From positions 396,552,001 through 396,616,000 of the forward strand of contig NC_091469.1 of assembly GCF_036971445.1 (NCBI RefSeq): a stretch of 64,000 nt of DNA, given 5' to 3'. The notes below the pieces were generated by a model. It had not been told where the DNA came from. It did no database searches and saw nothing but the letters and a program-made list of their open reading frames with translations. Position numbers and translations under genes: made by a program. Below, piece by piece: positions 1-12,830 of the stretch. Position 1 is the stretch's first letter, and every line of letters begins with the position of its first letter. This DNA comes from Narcine bancroftii (lineage: Eukaryota).

Positions 1-821
1 TATAATGTCGATAAATGTGAGGTTATCCACTTTGGTAATACAAACCTGAGGGCAGATTACTATTTGAATGGCAATAGATTGGGAGATGGGGAAGTGCAGA
101 GAGACCTAGGGGTTCTTGTACACCAGTCACTGAAGGCAAGCATGCAGGTACAGCACGTGGTTAAAAAGGCAAATGGTATGTTGGCCTTCATATCAAGAGG
201 GTTTGTGTATAGGAATAAGGATACCTTACTGCAGCTGTACAGAGCCTTGGTGAGACCCCACCTGGAGTATTGTGTGCAGTTTTGGTTGCCTTATCTGAGG
301 AAGGATGTTCTTGCAATGGAGGGAGTGCAGAGGCGATTCACCAGGCTGATACCTGGAATGGCAGGAATAACTTATGAGGAAGGATTGCGCAATTTGGGAT
401 TGTACTCGCTGGAGTTTAGAAGATTGAGAGGGGATCTCAAAGAGACATATAAAATTCTGGCAGAACTAGACAGAATGGAAGCGGAAGGGATGTTTCCAAT
501 GGTGGGGGAAGTCCAGAACCCGGGGCCATGGTTCGAGGATAATAGACAAACCATTTTGGACCGATATGAGGAGGAATTTCTTTACCCAGAGGGTGGTGAA
601 TCTGTGGAATTCATTGCCACAGGGGGCAGTAGAGGCAGGTTCATTAAATATATTTAAGAGGGAATTAGATATATTTCTTCAGTATAAGGGAATGAGGGGT
701 TACGGAAAGAAGGCGGGGATGGGGTACTGAACTTTAAGATCAGCCATGATCTCATTGAATGGCGGAGCTGGCTCGAAGGGCCGAATGACCTACTCCTGCT
801 CCTATCTTCTATGTTTCTATG
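1..821 (+). mobile_element. CR1-clade LINE, 3' part of ORF2 (RT C-terminus) plus 3' UTR
   Basis: ORF 64-657 has CR1 motifs (RDLGVLV, LYRALVRPHLEYCVQFW, EGVQRRFTRLIPG). A frameshift near 510 precedes the NFFTQRVVNLWNSLP frame. The CR1 3' UTR ends in ttctatgtttctatg. Confidence 0.93.
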
Positions 822-1611
822 ATACATTCTCCCTCATCTCATTATGGAGAAGGCTTAAGAATGTGAAAGCATACACCAAAAGGCTTAAAGGCAGTTTCTT
901 TTCTGCATAAACCCCAAGACAGAATTATCATGATACCCTTGCTTAATCCTAATTGATCTTCCATTCTATTCTAATCCTATATAAATTTTGATTTTTACAC
1001 ATTTCAATGAATGTTAGAGATAACCTTTTCTCATTTTATTAGGTATTTTAAGACATATAAACTCTGAAGAACCCCACAAAGTTAGCTTTTCTCAACTAGC
1101 ATCTCACAAACAAACTTGTTAACTCCAGCTGAAAGGAAATGCGTAGTCCATTGCTTATGGACTGCCCTGAGTCTGCCAGAATTTGCACTCTTGAAGACTG
1201 TTGCTTTTCTACCAAGGAAAATAAGGAATGATTTAATGGCAATGAAAAAGAAATTCAACTGCAAAAACAGTGCATCCCTGGATTAGAAGTGCTGCCTGCC
1301 CTCAGGGGAAAAGAAACAATTCAAAAGGGACCTGAATCGAGAGATTCAGAAATTCGTAAGGTAGAGGCAGATGTAAACAGCAGGAGGTTCAGCAACTTGC
1401 AGGTAGCCACAATATGCATAGCTTTTTCAGTAAAGTAAAAGCCATATTGTTTCTGGCTTAAACACTCAAGATTCTACATTATTTAGAACTAACTTCAAGA
1501 ATGAACTCATCTCGGACAGAAAGGAAGTCAATACTTGCTTGAATGAACACTCTGAAAACTCCCAAACTATGACTTTGCCCTTGATGTATGTGTCCTTGAA
1601 TTCCTCCCACA

Positions 1612-1820
1612 TTCAACACAGTAACAGGTCCTTCAGGTCCATGAGTCTGTGCCTCCCAAATACCCCAATTAACCTACAACCCTGTACATTTTGAAAGGGG
1701 GGAGGAAACCAGAGCATCAGGAGAAAACCTACACAGGTATGGGGAGAATGTACAAATGCCTTACAGACATTACCGGATTCGAACCTGGGTTGCTGGCGCT
1801 GTAACAGAGTTGACCTAACA
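1612..1820 (-). mobile_element. tRNA-derived V-SINE (HE1-like)
   Basis: Reverse strand shows a tRNA-like head (B-box ggttcgaatcc), a V-domain (gtctgtaagg...ttctcccc...ggtttcctccc) and a CR1-like tail. Homologous to copies at 23.3, 40.9 and 49.4 kb. Confidence 0.8.
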
Positions 1821-1895
1821 GCATTGATCAGATGGAGTCAGAGATGGAAAATATCTTCAAATTCCTCGGTATCCATGTGACAGAACTTCTTTAGT

Positions 1896-2560
1896 TGTAA
1901 AATATATATTGTTAGTTAAGTTATTATGTGGGTTTGGACACAGAATCACACACAGCCACACACAATTACAGAAGAGAGAGAATTCATTTTCGGACTCGCA
2001 AAGCCTGGTAAGCAACCTCAATAAATCAAAGTGTTTGTTCATTCAAATATCTTGGACAATAGGGTTGCTCAAGGAGGATATCTAATTAAACAAAAGACTC
2101 CTTGTTTGTTACCTATGTGGTTAGAATGGAAACTAAGATAGCAGATGTATTTACAAGGAAACCATTTGTTGGTTGGTCTGATGACAGATTGGATACATTA
2201 GCTCATAAAACCTTTGGAAGAGATAAACTTCAAAGATAGCAATAATATCATATCACGTGATTAAAGATATTTTGAGAGAACATATTACTGAAAACAAAGA
2301 AATTTTGAAACCAGAAGAAGTTGCTTGACCATCCTGTAAGTAAGACAGGATTGAAGATTTAGTAACCAGAAAGGTACTATTATGTGTTACTCCTGGTCAA
2401 AGGAGAACATAGAATGAGTGGCTTTTAAAAGAGAATTACCACTTCTGACTGTCCTGCTGTGCCCATTTCTACATGGACACTTCATATAACCCTTCACTGG
2501 GTTTATTGAAATCATCATGGAAGAAAACACAAATACAATGCAAGAGAGGGAAATCATTTG
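1896..2560. mobile_element. possible LTR remnant (unclassified)
   Basis: Starts tgtaaaatatata, resembling the starts of the LTRs at 2564 and 54979. No second copy or TSD seen. Confidence 0.3.
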
Positions 2561-2563
2561 TAT

Positions 2564-2855
2564 TGTGACAGAGTATATAGATATGTTTTTGGGAGATAAA
2601 TTGGGAATGGTTTGTTAGAGTAGGTCACATAGAAACACTTTAAAACAGATCCTATTTGAAATACTAGAACTCTGCTAATGCTTGCCATATTGGCTCCATA
2701 GCTTTTGAAAGAGATTTGGAGAGTGCCCAAGAGACTTCACTAATGGATTGTTGTTTACAAAAGGCAACAGATGAAAGATCTTGTTGAGCTGCAGATTGTC
2801 TGGAGTTTTTCTAAGAGGGTTATGTGGTTTTTCAAGCAGAGAGAGTCAAACAGGC

Positions 2856-2897
<42 letters not shown>

Positions 2898-3562
2898 TGT
2901 GAGTGAGTGAGTGAGTGAGTGAGTAAGTAAGTGAGTGAGAGAGAGATCACTTATATAGTGCTTCAGCCAGCAGAAGCAGCTGGCACTGGAACAGGAGAAG
3001 CTGGCAAGCTTGTGGAAAGCCCCATTTGGAAGATGAGTTTGTAAATGCTTTGTTCAGCCTGGTCAAAGCCCTTGTGGTTCATGCAAGAGGAGAAGACTGG
3101 CTGTCTAATGTTTCACTTGGAATAAGAGAAACAAAAAGGTACTCTGTGGTGACTTGAAAGAAAGAGATTATCATCTGGAGAACCCTGGAGCGGGTACATT
3201 TCATCAGCAAGACACTAAGATGGCTAGGTGTCCATTGTACAAAAAATCTCTCTCCGTTAACCAACAAGAACCTTCCTGAGCAGTAACTAATTACTTTTCA
3301 AGCACCAAAGCCTGAACTTTATAAATGTTACATTCTGTGCACAGTGTAAGAATTGCCTGCAACCAATGAACTTGGAGGAATGAGAGGTGAGATTGGACTG
3401 TGAACCAAAGAACCTTTCTGAACTTACACACACATTGCATACACGTACGCTTAGAATTAGAAAGGGGTTAAGTGAGGTTAAGTAAGTCAAGAATGATAAG
3501 TTGAAGTTTGAAGATACCATTTTCTTGATGAATTTCTATTGCTGCTGGTCTAGTACATAACA
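2564..3562. mobile_element. solo LTR (family A) with internal (GT)n(GAGT)n microsatellite
   Basis: TGTGAC...TAACA termini. Extensive similarity to 54979-56000 and 61995-62310 (shared ttctgtgcacag...aagaattgcctg...gaacttggag blocks). Confidence 0.75.
2858..2946. repeat. compound (GT)n/(GAGT)n/(GA)n microsatellite
   Basis: Seen directly. Confidence 0.95.
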
Positions 3563-3574
3563 TCCGTATTACAG

Positions 3575-4200
3575 AAGACCTGCTCCTGAACCCAGTATAG
3601 TGTCAACTATGAAGAGGGCACACCAATGCCTCTGTTTTCAACGTCTAAGGAGATTTGGCTATCATTGAATTGTCTATCAAACTTTCACAAGTGCACTGTG
3701 GCAAATATACTGACTAGTTCTAGTACAGTCTAGTATGGTCATTCGAGTGCCCAAGAATGCAGAAGGGAGCAAATATATCCACTGAAGACAATGTTGTGAG
3801 CTACTGGCTCACAGATGCAGCCAACATCAGAAAGAATCCCCATCATCTTGGTAACAAACTCTCTTCATTGCTACCTTCAGGAAGAAGATATAGAAGCTTG
3901 ATTAACGATTCAAGAACAATTTCCTTCCAATTAATAATGGGCTCTTGAACCTTCCCTTATTACACTAATCATAAAATTACTCTGACTCCGCAGAAAGAAC
4001 TGTCTAGTTTGGCACTTCTTTCTCTTAGACTATAGTAAATGTGAATATTTATTATCGATTTTTTTTGTATTAATTACATTTAATTTAATTTTATATATAC
4101 ACTATTGTATATATGTTTTACAAAGTACACATTTTGCTGCAGCAATAATTTCAGTACATCTGTACATTATATACTGTATATGACAACAAACTCTATCATT
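3575..4200 (+). mobile_element. Rex1/Babar-like LINE, decayed 3' fragment
   Basis: Remnant PHHLGNKLSSLLPSGRRYRS motif. Homologous to 10600-11230. Confidence 0.7.
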
Positions 4201-4289
4201 CTTAGAATATTTTTCTCTTTAACTTGTGAATGAGAAGACAAGCGTTTAAAAAGCTTGTATTTAAACTTCTCCATTGGCCAATTAGCTAC

Positions 4290-5150
4290 AGCCAATAAAA
4301 GGAAGGTAAGCTCAAGCGGAGTGGATCATGTGTGAGTGGCCCAGTGTAGGAGTGGGAATTTGAGGCCTTGGTTCAAGAGGCTTCGGTGATCAGAGGCTAA
4401 GGTGGAGGTGCAATAGTTGAGGCAAGGGAAGGACAGGATTTTCTAAATCAAATTGTTTCTCTTAAATAGACAATGGGAATGGCAGTCAGGGCAAGGACAT
4501 GCTCCTCTTGCAGAATATGGATAGTCAGCAAAGCCAACAGCATCCCTGGTGACTTCATGTGTGAGAACGAGGAAGGTAGCTGGGTGACAATCCAGAGAGG
4601 GAAAGGGAATAGGCAGGCTGTGCAGGGTACCCCTGTGGCAATTCCCATCAGTAACAAGTAAACCCCTTTGGATACTGCTGAGGGGGAGGGCCAAGCAGCA
4701 ACAAGATTAATAGCACCGTGGTTGGCTTGGAGCCTCAGAAGGATTAGGTAGAGCGATAGTCATAGGGGACAGTTAGGAGATACTGCGGCCACAAAAGAGA
4801 CTCCACGAAAGGAGTTCAGGATGTCTCTGAGTAGGTCCAAAATGACCTTAAGGGGATGTGGAGCAGCTAGAAGTCATGGAACCTATTCGTAGCAATGACA
4901 TAGGCAGGACTGAGGTAGAGGTCCTGTTATGTAAGTTTAGGGAGTTCGGAAAGAAGCTGAAGAGCAGGACCTCCTGGTGCCATGAGCAAGGGCACGTCAG
5001 AACAGGAAGGTAGTGCAGACAAGTGTGCGGCTGATGAGGGTGCAAGGGTCAGGTTTTCAAGTTCTTGGATCATTGGAACCTTTAATGGGGAAGGGGTGAC
5101 TATACAGATGGGAAAGGTGTACCTGAATATTCTGGCAGGGTGGTTTGCTA
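4290..5150 (+). mobile_element. CR1 LINE 5' UTR and ORF1 remnant
   Basis: Contains CSSCRIW...DFMCE and WVTIQRGKGNRQ, plus a remnant SGNH-esterase-like segment (IVIGD). Homologous to the - strand ORF1 at 39.7-40.5 kb. Confidence 0.7.
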
Positions 5151-5337
5151 ATGGTCCTGTTGGGGGTGGGGGGGTGGGGAGGTGGTTGGCATCTCATCCT
5201 ATTTGCTGCAAATTTCTCAAATTGGCTGTGTTTCCACGCAAACTCACCATCAGCTGCCCCTACTTGTGCGCCAACTACCTCTTCTTCTGAATCTTTACTT
5301 TGGTACCCACCCCCTTACAAACAGCAAAAGAGAGGGC

Positions 5338-8190
5338 TGTGGTAAACCACTGTTACACTTTGATTGGCAGATATCAACTGGACGTACCTCCTGAGACTGA
5401 TCCAACCCATAGCCCTTTGCAGGCTAGTCCTTTCCTTTTGCTCTCATCAGTCAAGGAGGTGGATGGTTAAAAATAAATAAACAGACAAATAAATAAATTG
5501 ATTTTTTTTTAAGGTGGATGGTTATTTGATAGTGTTTCAGTCTTTAGCTATTAAAACTCCTGATTGTTTCACTACTCAGTCTCTTGTGAATTATTGATGG
5601 TACATCATTTTCATATGAGTATGGAACAGTACCTGAAACCAGAGAAACTTGGCTTTGATTCCTGGTCACTGCACACCCCAAACACCTTCGAACTGTGGCT
5701 ATGATGCTTCGAAAACTTCTCGACAGCAGCTCCGGACACCAGTTGAGTGGCTGTGTGTGATTCTGTGTCCAAATCAGTTGAGACTACTTCTCTCATGTAT
5801 CAGGCCTCAGGTTTTCCCTATGATCAGCGGCGCCAGCTCATTCCAGGTAGTGATGGAGATCCTCAAGGCCTAGTATCACTGGAACGTTAATGAGGTCTAT
5901 GCCAGGCATCTCCTGGCCACCATAAAACAACACCCTCATGAGTCTAGTGCTGAGTTCCTGTAGACCCTCTGGATGCTGTGCAGAGCCTGCCACTGTAAGC
6001 CTGTGTCCACCGCCCAGAGTGCCGAGGTCCTCATTAGAGATGCCCTCATTGCTGGCCTCTGCTCTGGGTACATATTGCCAGTGATTACTGGAGCAAAAGG
6101 TACTCAATTTGATGAGGGTGGTTGAGCTTACAGAGACACTAGAGGTTGCCCTCCAGAACTCCAATGACTACTTGGCCGCTTGATTGCTGTGGGTGCTGCT
6201 ATCCTGAGACAGGGCATCAGCCCTCCCCATGAGTGACTGGTCCCAAACATTGACCCGCTACTCTAATGATCTGATCTTGGCCATTCTTGTGGGCAATCTC
6301 TCATGTTGCTACTTTTGCGGGCAGGGCACACACCCAAAGAAACGGATGCCGTATTCTCCTGGTGCTGGAAAAGGGAGCTTTACATCAAAGTTTGCCAATC
6401 TAAACAGCCTGCGAGATCCAGTTGCGCCACATGCAGCCATTCGCTACCCCGGGCATCGCAATTGGCACCATCTTCCCTGCACTCCAGCGACGCCATGTGT
6501 GAATCACGGGAGACGCCATTTTGGACCATATGGTGGACTGCAACAATTTACAGGCCACTTTCCCCTACCTAGATAATGTTACCATTTGTGGCCACAGGAC
6601 TATGGTGCTAATCTCAACAAGTTCCTTCACACAATGAAATGTATGAACCTGACTTATAACAAGGTCAAATGTGTCTTCCGGACAGCATGACTGGCCATCC
6701 TTGGCTGTGTTGCTGACAACAGAATCATTTGCCCTGACCCTGACCACGTGTCCGTTGATGGAGTTGCCCCTTCCGCATACTCAAAAAGAACTGAAGAGAT
6801 GCCTTGGGTTCTTCTCTTATTATGCTCAGTGGGTCCCCAACTATACTGACAAGTTTCGGCCACTGGTCAAGGACACAACTTTTCTCCTGACAGACGAAGC
6901 CCAAAAGGCAGTTGAACAGGTCAAATATGACATCGTCAAGGCAACCATTCCAAGTGGAGAGTGATCCATCTGACTTTGCCCTGGCTGCCACTCTTAACCA
7001 GGCTTTTTCTCACGTACCCTCCAAGGTCCTGAGATTTGCCATTCCTCCGTCAAGAAAGAAGCCCAGGGTATCATGGAAGCAGTGCACCACTGGAGGCACT
7101 GCCTTACTGGGAAACAGTTCACTCTTCTCACAGACCAGCAAGCAGTCGCATTGATGTTTAATAACAAAGGGGCAAAATCTAAAATGATAAAATCCTCAGG
7201 TGAAGAATCGAACTGTCAACCTACAACTATGATATCCTCTACAGACCTGGCAAACTTAACGAGCCCCTGGACGCCCTATCCCGTGGAATCTGTGGTCGTC
7301 TTCAAATCGACAAACTACAGACTCTTCACAATAACCTTGTCTTCATTGTCTTCAGTGGATATATTTCCATTTTGTCAAATCTCAGAATCTACATTACTCC
7401 ATTGAGGAGGCCCGGACAATGACTAGAAACTGTCAGGTCTGTGCCGAATACAAACTGCAGTTCTACTGGCCAAACAAGATGCATCTCATCAAGGCTGCAC
7501 ACCCTTTTGAGCACCTTAGCATCGACTTCAATGGTTCTCTCCCCTGCTCCATCCGGAATGTCTATTTCCTTTCTGTTATTGATGAATATTCCTGTTTCCC
7601 CTTCGCCATCTCATGCCCTGACATTACCACAATCACTGTCATCAAGGCTCTCCGTAGTATCTTTGTGCTCTTTGGTTACCCCGGCTTTATTCATAGTGAC
7701 CAGGGTACATCATCCATGAGCGATGAGCTGTGGCAGCACCTGTTGGCCAGGGGTATTGCAATGAGCAGGACCACCAGCTACAGTAAAGGGCAAGTGGAAA
7801 GGGAACATCCCATGGTCTAGAAGACCATCCTCCTGGCACTGATGTCACAGGATCTCCACGTCTCCAATTGGCAACAAGTCCTCCCTGATGCACTTCAATC
7901 TGTTCAGTTACTTTTATGTATGGCCACAAACAGCACACCTCATGAACAAATGTTTGCCTTCCTTCCGAAGTCTGCTTCAAGGACGACGCTGCCTGCGTGA
8001 CTTACTTCACTGTAACCTGCCCTGCCCCACAAGCATGTCAGGCAATCTAAAACTGACCCACTGGTCGAGAGGGTCTGCCTCCTCCATGCCAACCCTCAAT
8101 ATGCCTATGTTGCCTTCCTCATAGATGAGAAGACACAGTCTCAATCCAAGACGTGGCACCATTGGGATCCCACTCGACCACCATTGACTT
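5338..8190 (+). mobile_element. Gypsy LTR retrotransposon remnant (5' LTR about 5338-5607, gag, partial RT, RNase H, integrase)
   Basis: LTR-like tgtggtaaacc...gatggtacatca, then gag start MEQYLKPEKL at 5621. Zinc knuckle (CYFCGQGTH), YLDN RT motif, ELKRCLGFFSYY, ESDPSDFALAATL, FTLLTDQ, and integrase HSDQG. Many frameshifts; no 3' LTR. Confidence 0.85.
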
Positions 8191-8194
8191 ACCA

Positions 8195-8992
8195 TAGATA
8201 TTCAATGTATTGGCATTCTTTGAAGAAGTGACAAGCATGCTAGATTTAAAAAAAAATGATGCAGTGGATGTTGCGTATTTGGATTTTCAGAAGGCCTTTG
8301 AGAAGCTCCACATGAGACTATTGAACAAGATAGGTATAACTGAAAACACAACCATTGGTAGAGCATTGGCTGATTAGCAATTGGTACCCATTGCTGGAGG
8401 TGTTCCTTAGGGGTAGGTATTGAGGACGATACTTTTTATGTTATATATTAGTAATGTATATTTATGGAACTTGGCTTTGTGACCAAGTTTGCAAATGACA
8501 CAAAGCCAAGTAGAGAAGCAGGTAGTGTTGAGGAAACAGGGAGGTTGCAGAAGGCCGTAGAAAAATTAAGAGAATGGGCAGAGAAGTGGCAAATGAAATA
8601 CCATTTTGGGAAGTGTACGGTCATGTACTTTGGTGGAAAGAATAAACAGACATTTTTTTTTAAATGGGCAGAAAATTGGTAATACCCAGATGCAAAGGGA
8701 CATGGGAGTCTTTGTGTAGGATAGCCTGCATATTGAATTAGTGGTGAAAAAGGCAAAAGCAATGCTGTCATTTATTTCAAGAGAAATAGAATATAAGAGC
8801 ATGGGTGTGATGAGGCTTTATAAGGCATTGCTGATTCCTCACTTGGAATATTGTGAGCAGATCTGAACTCCTCATTTAAGAAAGGATGTGATGATGTTGG
8901 AGAGGGTTTAGAGGAGGTTCACAAGGATGATTTCGGGGAAGAAAGGATTATCATATGAGGAGCATTTGACAGGACTTGGCCTGTACTCAATG
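8195..8992 (+). mobile_element. CR1 LINE RT fragment
   Basis: VDVAYLDFQKAF, KFANDTK and EWAEKWQM motifs, decayed. Confidence 0.85.
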
Positions 8993-8994
8993 CA

Positions 8995-11238
8995 CCACAA
9001 ATCTTAGTCGATGACTTTAACCAGGCCTGTGTCAAGTAAACCCTGCCTAACTATCACCAACATGTAAACTGCTGGATCAGAAGTCCCAGCACACTTGATC
9101 ACTGCTACTCCAAGATAAGGAAGGGCCACCATTCTTTCCCGAGACCACATTTTGCAAGTGTGATTAACTGGCTGTGCTCCTTCTGCCTTCACACAGAGCT
9201 TAAAAAGGGAAGCTCTAGAGCTCAGGACAGCTAGAAGGTGGTCACAGGATGTTGAAGAACAGTTACAGGACTTCTTTGAGTCAGTGGATTGGGCAGTGTT
9301 CAAGAACTCTGCTGAGAATCTGAACGAGTACACCGAGGCTGTTACAGACTTTAATAAAACAGCTGTGGATGAGTGTGTTCCCACTAACTCATTCATAAGC
9401 CCTGGTCGAACAATGAAATCCATAACCAGCTGAGAGCCAGATCAGCAGTATTTAAGCCTGGAGATCCAGCTTAGTACAGCAGGAGCATGTATGACCTGCT
9501 ATCTCCGGGGTGAAGTGGAGATTCCAGATGAAATTGGAAACAAGGGACACCCGACAGCTGTGGCAGGTCCTAAATGCCATAACCTATTACAAAACCAAAT
9601 CTGGTAAAGTAACAGAGGGCAAAGCTTCTCTCTCAGAGGAACTCAGTGCCTCTATGCCAAATTTGACGACAGTAACTGCGAAGTAACCCTTCGCAGCACC
9701 ATGTCCCCTAATCTTCCCATCCTGTCTGTATCTGAAGATGAAATGTGTGCTGCCTTTAGGAGAGTGAATCTAAGGAAAGCATCCGGCCTGGATGAAATAC
9801 CTGGCCAGGTGTTAAAGATTTGGACTGACCAAGTTACCAAAATATTCACGGATATCTTCAATATCTTACTCCAGCAGGGAGTGGTACCCACCTGTTTCAA
9901 ACAGGCCCAAGAAGAGTGTAGTAACCTGCCTTAATGACTATTGACCAGTAGCTCTTACATCACCAGTGATGAAATCTTTTGAAAGGCTGGAGATAAAGCA
10001 TATCAGCACCTGTCTGAGCAACTACATGGATACAGGTCTATTGCAGATGCCATCTCACTGGCTTTACATATGCCCTGGAACACCTGGAGAACAAAGATGT
10101 ATACATCAGGGTGTTCTTTATCGACTACAATTCAAGATTTAATTCCATCATCCCCTCATAACTGATCAGCAAACTCTAAGACCTGGGAGTTAACACCCCA
10201 CTGTGCAATCGGATCATGGATTTCCTCACCTCCAGACTACAATCACTGAAGACTGGTAACAACCTATCCTCCATTATCTCCATCAGTACTGGAGAACTGG
10301 AGTTCTTAGCCCCCTTGCTCTTCTCATGTTACACCTACGACTGAGTAGCTCGGTACGACAATAACACCATCTACAAATTTGCCGACAATATCACGATAGT
10401 GGGTTGTATAATTGAAGGGGATCAGTAGCATTTAAGATTGAAAACTTGGCTGAATGGTGCACCAACAACAACTTTGCACTCAATTTCACCAAAACTTAGG
10501 AGCTGATTTTTGACTTCAGGAAAGGAAAGCCAGAGGTATACAATCCAGTGAACATTGGGGGATCAGAGGGTGAGAAAATTTAAGTTCTATCTTGGAGGAT
10601 CTTTCCTGTACCCAACACACTCATGGCATCATGAAGAAAGCGGTTCAGTGCTTCGACTTCCTCAGTTGTTTTGGCAGAGATTTGGTATGACATCAGACAC
10701 ACTGGCAAATTTCTACAGAGGTTTGGTAGAAAGTTTGCTGACTGGCTGCATTATGGTCTGGTGTGAGAACCCCAATACCCTGGAGCGTAAAGCCCTCCAA
10801 AAGGTAGTGGACACAGTTAAGGATATCACAGGCAAAATCTTCCCCACTATTGAGTACATCTACAGGGAACAATGCCGTCAGAGAGCAGCAGCAACCATTA
10901 AAGACCCACATCACTCAGCACATGCTCTGTTCTCGCTGCTGCCATAAGAAAAAAAGGTAGTGCCATAAAACCCACACCATCAGATTCAGGAACAGCTGCT
11001 ACACCCCCACTATCAGACTCCTCAGCAACAAACTTAATCAGAGACTCATTTAAGGACTCTTTCTTGTATACTTTATTTTTTTGTTCTCTCTGTATTGCCC
11101 AGTCAGTTTGTTTACATTAGTTTTCTGTTTACAGTTCTTTGTTTTTGAACTACCAATTAGTGGTAATTCTGCCACACCCACAGGAAAAAGGAATTTCAGG
11201 GTTGTATGTACTCTGACAATAAATCTGAAATCTGAAGA
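8995..11238 (+). mobile_element. Rex1/Babar-like LINE, 5'-truncated
   Basis: RKASGLDEIPG, NDYxPVALTSPVMK, YKFADN and ESLLTGCIMVW motifs. 3' end acaataaatctgaaatctgaa. Confidence 0.85.
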
Positions 11239-11329
11239 GCACAGGAAAAAAATAAAGGAAAAAAAATGTCTTTGTCCCAAACATTACAGAGGGCACTGTT
11301 TATGAGAAGATAAACTTTAAGCTCAACAT

Positions 11330-12070
11330 CCACAAAACTGACATTGCTGCACATTGATCTCCAATAGTAAATAATCATGGGAAACATGGACCATTTCTCA
11401 AATCTTGGTAACTACCTCTGAAAGAAGGCAGCCATCAATGATGGCATTTACCTACTTACTCAATGCACAGGGACAACTTTGGTTGATGGAGGAAAAAAAA
11501 CACTTTGTTTGAAGATCAAGACCTCAGATGTGGTGCAAATGTCATGGACCTCCACCAAGTATCCCAAGGCACTGGAAAATGACCTCCAATTAACTTCACA
11601 AAATCCTCCAAATTAATTAGAAGGAAAAGAGAGCTAACATTGATATTATTTTCCAGGCCAACAATATCAGCTGTGTAGGGCAAGCCACAGTCACATGCCT
11701 AACAGCAGATTCCCAACATGAAAACCCGGTTCCAAATTCTGTCATGGGAAGATAATATTAAGCAGATAAAGGAAGAGATTGATGCTCATGTTCAACCACT
11801 TCCTCAAGAAATATAACATCTCCACTAACTTGCCCATGGATGCTTAATGTAGTGGAACGTTGGGATAGAGAACTTCAAAAACATGCACAAGGAGGACAGA
11901 GGACCTTGGGTTTACAGCCAAAGGTGGAATCACATCACAAACTACCCTTTCAGGTAGCATGCTCCATTGGCAGAAAAATCTTCCCCGGTTGGCCTTCTTA
12001 GTCACCTCATAAGCCATCAATAAGAAGGAAATCATTCTTGATACCAATTTGGCTGTGATCTGAAGAACGT
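11330..12070 (+). mobile_element. old RTE-clade LINE 3' fragment
   Basis: Heavily decayed remnants of DHFxYLG, KAAIxD and FEDQDL, in the order seen in the RTE at 60.7 kb. Confidence 0.55.
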
Positions 12071-12269
12071 CATCAAATATAAAGGTTAACTCGATTTCTC
12101 TCTAAACAGATATTTGCCTATGAGATACTGTCATATATTTGTTGTTTGGTTTGGTTCAAAACAGAACCATACAACATAACAGCACAGAAAATGATGAATT
12201 GATTATTCTAATTGATCAGGCAAGTTGAGGAGAGGAAGGGGGGGGGGGGAGCAGACCTAAAGTGCATTC

Positions 12270-12830
12270 TTCCTTCGCTGCCGCCTGCCTTCTCTGCTCT
12301 TATCCAGCTTCCCTCAATAGCAAGAACAAAAGAAATGGCACTGCACATGCGCGTCGTCCTCCCTCCCCAAATCCTGGAGGGTGGCCGTCGACGCCTTGAC
12401 GTCACAGGGGACGTCGTGTAGTGCAAGTTGCGGCCTAAGCAGCAGTGGACGAGAGGAGGCGGTTAAATGATGTCTTGGAAGGAGGAGAGCGACGCAGCCA
12501 TGAAAAGCATGTGTGAGTAGATAACCGCTTCTCCACGCTGGGCGCCTGTAATTGCCGTTGGCTTGTAATGGTCGGCCGCAACCTGTGACTCTGGCCTGGT
12601 TGGTTGCTGGGCTACCGAGGACGATAACCGCTGCTCAGCCCTGGCAATCGGAGTATCTTCTCTATGTTTGTCGTCCTGAATGGGTCTCTCGTTCTCTCCA
12701 CCCAAAGTTGCGGGAGTTCTGAGCTACTACCCCCGTGAAGGGTATTAACTCCCCACGGCCTTTGCTTCTGCGACAGTGGCTGGTATGAAAACATTATCCC
12801 CGTCCATCCCCGGACTATCAGCCTGGAGTC
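12270..12830 (+). promoter_or_regulatory. PHF14: CpG-island promoter and first exon region of PHF14
   Basis: CpG-dense non-repeat segment with an NRF1-like site TGCACATGCGCG (12342-12353) and a perfect CRE TGACGTCA (12397-12404), followed by a phase-compatible splice donor at 12513. Confidence 0.75.
12467..12512 (+). CDS. PHF14: PHF14 exon 1, coding part (MMSWKEESDAAMKSM + T; best Kozak ATG at 12500)
   Basis: An in-frame TAA at 12464 precedes ATGs at 12467, 12470, 12500 (gcagccATGa) and 12509. Donor T|gtgagt at 12512/12513 is phase 1, matching the exon 2 acceptor. Confidence 0.7.

Noticed and set aside
1-12200. NDUFA4 exons on the - strand
   Set aside because: Expected from recalled mammalian synteny, but no matching peptide was seen.
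12407-12423. GFY/ZNF143 motif in the promoter
   Set aside because: Spacing between GGGA and TGTAGT is 5 nt rather than 2.
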